From: Nonlabens ponticola
Lineage (GTDB): Bacteria; Bacteroidota; Bacteroidia; Flavobacteriales; Flavobacteriaceae
NCBI RefSeq assembly: GCF_003966335.1
Contig: NZ_CP034549.1
Coordinates: 540,001-572,000 of the forward strand
Reading direction: 5' to 3'
DNA: 32,000 nucleotides
Numbering within the stretch: position 1 is the first letter of the stretch; each line of letters begins with the position of its first letter. Shown piece by piece: positions 26,672 through 32,000 of the stretch. A program made the translations under genes and the position numbers. Under the pieces are notes generated by a model that saw only the letters and a list, made by a program, of their open reading frames with translations, had not been told where the DNA came from and did not search any database.

Positions 26672-27727
26672 ATGAAAGATCTCAAATATTTAACCGCATA
26701 TGTTGTACCTATATTGTGTGTTGTCAGCATCTATTATGGTGGCTGGTCTTTATACCTGACACCATTGGTCATTTTTGGGATTGTTCCATTTCTGGAATTG
26801 TGGATGCCGTCCTTAAAAAGCAATCTTGAAGATGACGAGCGTGAAGAAAAAATAGCCAATAAATTTTTTGATATGCTGCTATGGCTTAATGTTCCTATTG
26901 TTTTTGGGGTGTTGGGCTATGGTTTCTATACCTACTCCATTAGTGCGTTTGAAACCTACGAGATTATTGGCTTAGTATTTTCCCTAGGTATCGTTGCAGG
27001 AAGTAATGGTATCAACGTGGCTCACGAACTAGGTCACCGTCAAGATACGTGGGAACGCTTTTTGGGCAAGGCCTTGCTATTACCTAGCCACTACATGCAT
27101 TTTTATATCGAGCACAATTACGGTCATCATTTGAAAGCTGCCACTCCAGATGATCCAGCAAGCGCACGATACAATGAGAATTTGTATGCTTTCTGGATAC
27201 GATCAGTGAGCAGTCAATATTCTAGCGCTTGGGAAATTCAATCCAGATTGAACAACGCAGCCGAAAGGTCTTTCTTCTCGTTCAAGAATGATATGCTGTG
27301 GTACACGATAATTCAAATATCCTATATCGCGCTCATTGCTGTAGTCTTATCGCCAGCGACGGCTCTTATTGCTATAGCAGTAGGAATTGTAGGCTTTACC
27401 TTATTGGAAATTATCAATTACCTGGAACATTATGGTTTGCGCCGTGCACAGAAAAAATCTGGGCGATATGAAATCGTGCGAGAAATGCACAGCTGGAATT
27501 CTAATCATGCTTTAGGTCGCATTTTGTTATACGAATTGACCAGACACAGCGATCACCACTATCGTGCAAGCAAGAAATATCAAGTACTGGATTATCACGA
27601 CATAAGCCCACAACTGCCTTACGGGTATCCTACCATGATGGTAATTGCTACCATACCACCGCTATGGTTTGCCATTGTAAACAAGCACGTGCCTAAAGAG
27701 ATGGTGGCATTGCAAACAGCTGCTTGA
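26672..27727 (+). CDS. alkB: Alkane 1-monooxygenase (AlkB-type integral-membrane di-iron hydroxylase)
   Basis: 351 aa with the histidine boxes HELGHR, EHNYGHH, NYLEHYGL and HSDHH in AlkB order and spacing, plus N-terminal TM helices. Confidence 0.85.
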   Translation: MKDLKYLTAYVVPILCVVSIYYGGWSLYLTPLVIFGIVPFLELWMPSLKSNLEDDEREEKIANKFFDMLLWLNVPIVFGVLGYGFYTYSISAFETYEIIGLVFSLGIVAGSNGINVAHELGHRQDTWERFLGKALLLPSHYMHFYIEHNYGHHLKAATPDDPASARYNENLYAFWIRSVSSQYSSAWEIQSRLNNAAERSFFSFKNDMLWYTIIQISYIALIAVVLSPATALIAIAVGIVGFTLLEIINYLEHYGLRRAQKKSGRYEIVREMHSWNSNHALGRILLYELTRHSDHHYRASKKYQVLDYHDISPQLPYGYPTMMVIATIPPLWFAIVNKHVPKEMVALQTAA

Positions 27728-27815
27728 AAAACATCTTGTTAGCTCCTAATCTATTACGCAATCCGTTCGTAACGACATAAGATCAACATCCCTTTTACTC
27801 GCGATAAGCATTCTT

Positions 27816-27823
27816 TATCTTTG
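27816..27823 (+). promoter_or_regulatory. Bacteroidota -7 promoter box TAtcTTTG upstream of gltX
   Basis: Exact TAnnTTTG match, 23 nt upstream of the gltX ATG. Confidence 0.5.
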
Positions 27824-27846
27824 CAATCTCAAAAAATTGCCTAGAT

Positions 27847-29361
27847 ATGACTCAAGATGTACGTGTAAGATTTGCTCCTAGCCCAACTGGGCCGTTGCAT
27901 ATAGGTGGTGTGCGCACAGCGCTTTTCAACTACCTGTTTGCCAAAAAACATAACGGCACTTTCATCCTACGTATTGAGGATACTGACCAGAATAGATATG
28001 TTCCTGGTGCAGAAGATTACATCATCGAGGCACTCAACTGGTGTAACATACCTTATGATGAAGGACCTGGAAAAGAGGCTAATTACGGTCCATATCGTCA
28101 AAGCGAGCGCAAGGATAGATACCGTGATTACGCCTTACAATTAGTAGAAAAAGGTGCTGCTTACTATGCGTTTGATACTGCTGAGGAACTTGCAGAAGCA
28201 AGACAAAAAGCAGAATCTAATAAGGAAACTTTTATCTACAACCATCACAACCGCGACCAGTTTACCAACTCATTGACACTATCCAATAACGAGGTGCGTG
28301 ATCGCATTGCATCTGGTGATGCCTATACCATACGTTTTAAGCCAGAGCTTAAGACGTTATTCATGCATGATGAAATACGCAAAGGCATTGAGATTGACAC
28401 AAGCTTACTGGATGATAAGGTGTTGTTCAAAAGTGATGGTATGCCTACCTATCACCTCGCGAATATTGTGGACGATCACGAGATGAAAATATCGCACGTG
28501 ATACGTGGTGAAGAGTGGTTGCCTAGTATGGCTTTGCACGTGTTATTGTATGAAAGTTTTGGTTGGGACGCGCCTAAATTTGCGCACTTACCATTGATCC
28601 TCAAGCCTACCGGTAAAGGAAAATTAAGCAAGCGCGATGGTGATAAGCTGGGTTTTCCTGTTTTCCCGCTAGCGTGGAATCCTGAAGTAGGTTCATCCAG
28701 TACTGGTTATCGAGAAGACGGTTATTTGCCTGAAGCCGTAATCAACATGCTTGCTTTTCTAGGTTGGAATCCAGGAACTGAGCAGGAATTATTTACCTTA
28801 AAGGAGCTTATTCATGCCTTTGACCTAGATAGAGTGAATTCATCAGGTGCTAAATTTGATCCTGAAAAAACTAAGTGGTTTCAGCAACAGTGGTTTGTGC
28901 AGCAGGACGATGCCGTCATAGGTTCCGCTTTCGCGAAAGCGTTACAAGAAAAAAACATCGACTACAAGTCACAGGATTATGTCAATATCATCGTTGGTCT
29001 GGTGAAAGAACGTGCCGTGTTTGTAGAAGACTTATTTGAACTCGCAGGCTTTTTCTTTACTGCACCTAAGGAATTTGATAACAAAGCTGCTTCAAAATCA
29101 TGGAAAGATGACACGAGCGACCTTATGCAACATGTTATTGATGTGATTCAAAAAGCAGGAGACACGACAGCATTAGAATTAAGCAATGCGGTAAAAGGCT
29201 GGATCAAGGAACAGGAAATGGGTTTTGGTAAGGTGATGATGCCGCTTAGACTATCGCTGGTAGGTAGCCTTATGGGACCCGACGTTTTTGAAATCGCGAG
29301 TATGATAGGTGTTGATGAGACAATTTCACGCATACGGTTTGCCAGCGAACAGTTAGGCTAG
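27847..29361 (+). CDS. gltX: Glutamate--tRNA ligase
   Basis: 504 aa with RFAPSPTGPLHIGGVRTALFNY (HIGH motif), RIEDTD and KLSKR (KMSKS motif). Confidence 0.97.
   Translation: MTQDVRVRFAPSPTGPLHIGGVRTALFNYLFAKKHNGTFILRIEDTDQNRYVPGAEDYIIEALNWCNIPYDEGPGKEANYGPYRQSERKDRYRDYALQLVEKGAAYYAFDTAEELAEARQKAESNKETFIYNHHNRDQFTNSLTLSNNEVRDRIASGDAYTIRFKPELKTLFMHDEIRKGIEIDTSLLDDKVLFKSDGMPTYHLANIVDDHEMKISHVIRGEEWLPSMALHVLLYESFGWDAPKFAHLPLILKPTGKGKLSKRDGDKLGFPVFPLAWNPEVGSSSTGYREDGYLPEAVINMLAFLGWNPGTEQELFTLKELIHAFDLDRVNSSGAKFDPEKTKWFQQQWFVQQDDAVIGSAFAKALQEKNIDYKSQDYVNIIVGLVKERAVFVEDLFELAGFFFTAPKEFDNKAASKSWKDDTSDLMQHVIDVIQKAGDTTALELSNAVKGWIKEQEMGFGKVMMPLRLSLVGSLMGPDVFEIASMIGVDETISRIRFASEQLG
28927..28940. repeat. 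Iterated 14-bp palindrome GCTTTCGCGAAAGC, copy 7 (inside gltX)
   Basis: Exact match that extends to the 16-bp palindrome CGCTTTCGCGAAAGCG. Encodes AFAKA (IGSAFAKALQE). Confidence 0.95.
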
Positions 29362-29987
29362 AAATACAGCCTCAAACCGGCGGATACATAACTTAATTTT
29401 CCATCGACATCGCTGCCGCTTACTGTTTGGCTATCTAGTGAATCTAGGAAAGCATAATGATAATGTGCCGTAATGCGCACATTGTTGATACCGGCAGAAA
29501 AGCCACCAACAGCATTGATGTTGATAGGGTTGGTTTTTTCAAATTCTGATACTAGAATAGGGTCTGTCGTACCTACAAACCTGCTGAGATCTGAATCGTC
29601 AATTTTGAACTCACCATTGACCATGACGGCAGGACCGGCTTCTATCGTGAAGTATGGTGAACCAAAAACGCGCCAGGCTAGCAGAAGCTTCACCTCTGCA
29701 CCTATCACGCTCATGTCAATCGTTTCAGTAGATTGAAATTCTTCTACATTGAATTTATGATTGAAGATCCCAACAGAATAGACCATATCAAAATACCGAT
29801 TGAAATCACCTCTAGTCTCTAGATATCCTGCAAATCCTGTCTCGCTTTCTATATTGACCTGATCGCTTTCTAATTGTAGAAAGGTAGCATCGGCTCCTAT
29901 TCCTAGTCTATTAATACTACTGTAAGTGCGTTGAGCTGATAAGTACAGACCGAACAAACAAAAAGAAAGTACGAGGTAGATTTTCAT
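29358..29987 (-). CDS. Outer-membrane beta-barrel protein (porin-family/OmpA-barrel-like)
   Basis: 209 aa with signal peptide MKIYLVLSFCLFGLYLSAQ, an alternating beta-strand pattern and a C-terminal aromatic residue (…GLRLYF). Confidence 0.65.
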   Translation of the reverse strand: MKIYLVLSFCLFGLYLSAQRTYSSINRLGIGADATFLQLESDQVNIESETGFAGYLETRGDFNRYFDMVYSVGIFNHKFNVEEFQSTETIDMSVIGAEVKLLLAWRVFGSPYFTIEAGPAVMVNGEFKIDDSDLSRFVGTTDPILVSEFEKTNPININAVGGFSAGINNVRITAHYHYAFLDSLDSQTVSGSDVDGKLSYVSAGLRLYF

Positions 29988-30054
29988 AATTTGTAACTAT
30001 ACTCGTAAACTTAAGACTAATCAATTGTTAATCACTTAAAAATTTACACTAACC

Positions 30055-31053
30055 ATGGATTTAATTGTTCTCGTACCGCTGCTATTGATAGGTTTCTTTA
30101 TCATTATCGCAGCATTTTTTACTGTTAAGCAGCAAACTGCTGCTATTATAGAACGTTTTGGAAAATTTACCAGCATACGCCACTCGGGACTGCAATTTAA
30201 AGTGCCAGTGATCGATCGTGTTGCTGGACGTATCAATTTAAAGATCCAGCAACTGGATGTTATTGTTGAAACTAAAACTAAGGATGATGTATTTGTACGT
30301 CTTAAGATCTCCGTACAATTCCAAGTGCGTAAGGAAAAAGTTTATGACGCATTCTATCGTCTAGAGAATCCGCGTGATCAGATTACTGCTTATGTGTTTG
30401 ATGTGGTACGTGCCGAGGTTCCTAAAATGAAACTGGATTTTGTTTTTGAGAAAAAAGATGATATCGCGATAGCAGTAAAGCGTGAACTTAATGAAGCCAT
30501 GATGGATTATGGTTATGACATCATTAAAACGCTTGTAACAGACATTGATCCTGATGTACAGGTCAAGGCTGCTATGAACCGTATAAACGCCTCAGAGCGC
30601 GAGAAAATAGCCGCAGAATATGAAGCAGAAGCAGAACGTATCAAGATAGTCGCAAAAGCACGCGCAGAAGCAGAATCTAAGCGCCTACAAGGTCAAGGTA
30701 TTGCAGACCAGCGTCGTGAGATTGCTCGTGGACTGGAAGAAAGTGTTGATGTACTGAATAACGTAGGTATCAACTCTCAAGAAGCAAGTGCGCTTATTGT
30801 TGTGACACAACACTATGACACACTGCAATCCATAGGTGAAGAAACTAATTCTAATCTCATCCTATTACCTAACTCGCCACAAGCAGGTAGCGACATGTTG
30901 AATAATATGATTGCAAGTTTTACCGCAAGTGCGCAGATAGGTGAACAAATGAGAAAGGATAATGTTAAGAGAGAAGCACGTGAGAGGAAAGAGAAACGTG
31001 AACTGCCTCCTAGTACAGACCTTCCTGAAAGTGGATACGATGATGACTTATAG
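30055..31053 (+). CDS. SPFH/band-7 (stomatin/prohibitin-like) family protein
   Basis: 332 aa with an N-terminal TM helix, an SPFH core (IIERFGKF...GLQFKVPVIDRV...) and an A/E/R-rich coiled coil (AAEYEAEAERIKIVAKARAEAESKR). Confidence 0.88.
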   Translation: MDLIVLVPLLLIGFFIIIAAFFTVKQQTAAIIERFGKFTSIRHSGLQFKVPVIDRVAGRINLKIQQLDVIVETKTKDDVFVRLKISVQFQVRKEKVYDAFYRLENPRDQITAYVFDVVRAEVPKMKLDFVFEKKDDIAIAVKRELNEAMMDYGYDIIKTLVTDIDPDVQVKAAMNRINASEREKIAAEYEAEAERIKIVAKARAEAESKRLQGQGIADQRREIARGLEESVDVLNNVGINSQEASALIVVTQHYDTLQSIGEETNSNLILLPNSPQAGSDMLNNMIASFTASAQIGEQMRKDNVKREARERKEKRELPPSTDLPESGYDDDL

Positions 31054-31075
31054 ATCATCAAATAACTTATAATGC

Positions 31076-31111
31076 AAAATCGGCTAGACGTGATGTCTAG
31101 CCGATTTTTTT
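31076..31111. terminator. Bidirectional rho-independent terminator between the SPFH gene and the convergent small-protein operon
   Basis: AAAATCGGCTAGAC-gtgat-GTCTAGCCGATTTTTTT. Confidence 0.85.
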
Positions 31112-31131
31112 ATTTAGGGTAATGATATTTA

Positions 31132-31344
31132 TTATTTACCTATGAGCTTATTGACCGTTTTTAGTATCAAAGCCTTTTTGATGATATTCCCAAAGATTCC
31201 TGATACCACGTTGATGGGTGAAAAACTTTCTTTCACGTCTTGAACGTTCATCTTCATCTTTTCAAAGTCAATCTTCTGCTCCAACTTGAGGATTTGAAGA
31301 TCTCTATCTATTTGTTCAAAATCAGTGTACGTCTTCAGGCTCAT
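31132..31344 (-). CDS. Small hypothetical protein (70 aa)
   Basis: ORF that overlaps the upstream holin-like gene by 23 nt and ends just before the terminator. No family recognised. Confidence 0.4.
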   Translation of the reverse strand: MSLKTYTDFEQIDRDLQILKLEQKIDFEKMKMNVQDVKESFSPINVVSGIFGNIIKKALILKTVNKLIGK

Positions 31345-31708
31345 CTATCGTGATGTCTTTAGGTGAATTGAAAAAAGATTGACTTGTTCTAGTCAAGATA
31401 ATCTTAGTTAAGATAGGCTTCAATACAATGGCACATATGACCATTATGACTAAATAAATGGCACCCACAATCAGATATCCTAAAGGAAGGCTATCTACCG
31501 CATTACCTATATAAATACTCAATGCAACACTTAAAAAGAGTAACGCAATGAGTAAGAAGAATGCGAGAATAATCTTGTGTACGCCGTCGATGATACCTTT
31601 CATCGACTTCTTATAAAAGTCTAATTGGTAATAAGCAATCGACGACTCAATATAATCTTGAGCCGTCGATGTAAATTCTTCAAAATTGTCTTTGATGCCT
31701 TTTCCCAA
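31322..31708 (-). CDS. Small 2-TM membrane protein (phage-holin-family / Holin-X-like as commonly annotated)
   Basis: 128 aa with an amphipathic N-terminus followed by two long hydrophobic helices. It starts 5 nt after the YtxH-like stop. Confidence 0.55.
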   Translation of the reverse strand: MGKGIKDNFEEFTSTAQDYIESSIAYYQLDFYKKSMKGIIDGVHKIILAFFLLIALLFLSVALSIYIGNAVDSLPLGYLIVGAIYLVIMVICAIVLKPILTKIILTRTSQSFFNSPKDITIDEPEDVH

Positions 31709-31713
31709 ATCTA

Positions 31714-32000
31714 TTATGCTTTGGTCTTAGCTGCTGCAGTCTTCACTGCACCATTTACACTGCTAGGCTGCTGTAATTTTGCGTTTTTTGCTCTCAATTG
31801 CTCCAGCTTATTTTCTAGTGCAACAATAGCATCATCTGCTGCATAGCTTGCAGTTGATAGTGCGCTGTCTATACGCTCGCTCACCGTTCCTTTAAATTCG
31901 GTAGCCTTAGTGGTAAGATCATTATAAGTCTTACGGGTTGAAGCCTCGATATCAGCTTGTGTTTTCTTTGCTTTCTTAGAAAGATTCTTACGAGTTTTCT
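31714..32000 (-). CDS. YtxH-like general-stress protein, 3' part (5' end beyond the window)
   Basis: My own reverse-strand translation is open from the window edge to TAA (31714-31716): KTRKNLSKKAKKTQADIEASTRKTYNDLTTKATEFKGTVSERIDSALSTASYAADDAIVALENKLEQLRAKN... This is a helical A/K/T-rich YtxH-type sequence. It is not in the ORF track because it has no in-window start. Confidence 0.55.
   Translation of the reverse strand, partial: KTRKNLSKKAKKTQADIEASTRKTYNDLTTKATEFKGTVSERIDSALSTASYAADDAIVALENKLEQLRAKNAKLQQPSSVNGAVKTAAAKTKA

Noticed and set aside
5860-28940. The idea that the seven palindromes are regularly spaced, phased like an array.
   Set aside because: The intervals are 2060, 2390, 2589, 2748, 9803 and 3477 bp. 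They are similar in size for the first five copies but not periodic.
30462-30471. The 10-bp palindrome TATCGCGATA, which shares the TCGCGA core. Other isolated TCGCGA sites occur near 6632, 28456 and 29295.
   Set aside because: About 30 arbitrary 10-bp palindromes are expected in 32 kb (32000/4^5), and the arms do not match the 14-mer.
1-32000. A search for defence systems, toxin-antitoxin pairs, prophage, transposases or integrases, CRISPR repeats, and tRNA or rRNA genes.
   Set aside because: I found no recognisable signature. There are no regularly spaced direct repeats, no tRNA-like T-arm motif in the intergenic spacers, and no nuclease, ATPase or recombinase families typical of defence or mobile elements. 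All sizeable ORFs are accounted for by housekeeping or envelope functions.

Overview
The window looks like chromosomal DNA from a Bacteroidota, Flavobacteriaceae-like genome. Support: TAnnTTTG -7 promoter boxes, no Shine-Dalgarno sequences, and typical flavobacterial gene content. It is densely coding, with about 31 CDS. I recognised no rRNA, tRNA, CRISPR array, transposase or integrase, and no defence island.

Gene layout, left to right:
- 392-9628 (-): a surface-polysaccharide or O-antigen operon. On the minus strand it reads wzz-like, rfbD, gmd, fcl, wzx, GT4 glycosyltransferase and two Wzy/O-antigen-ligase-like membrane proteins. The distal part is visibly AT-richer.
- 9686-13901 (-): an M23 peptidase, a GH3-family adenylating enzyme and a 575-aa protein with an AMP-nucleosidase/PNP-like C-terminal domain.
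- 14027-19684: tatA, a lipoprotein, an MltD-like lytic transglycosylase, pgk, and the divergent holB.
- 19802-26501 (-): an operon of an 1187-aa membrane/coiled-coil/collagen-like protein, ybeY, mnmG and a SAM methyltransferase.
- 26672-32000: alkB-like alkane hydroxylase, gltX, an outer-membrane beta-barrel protein, an SPFH/band-7 protein and a YtxH/holin-like/small-protein triad.

Most interesting signals:
1. A perfect 14-bp palindrome, GCTTTCGCGAAAGC, occurs seven times. Every copy lies inside an unrelated CDS, and six are in the same frame with identical codons (A-F-A-K-A). This is a HIP/USS-like iterated palindrome or an unknown protein-binding site.
2. Two canonical parS sites bracket mnmG, which places the window in the ParB-loading, origin-proximal zone.

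I see no classical mobile or defence system. The iterated palindrome is my best candidate for something undescribed.
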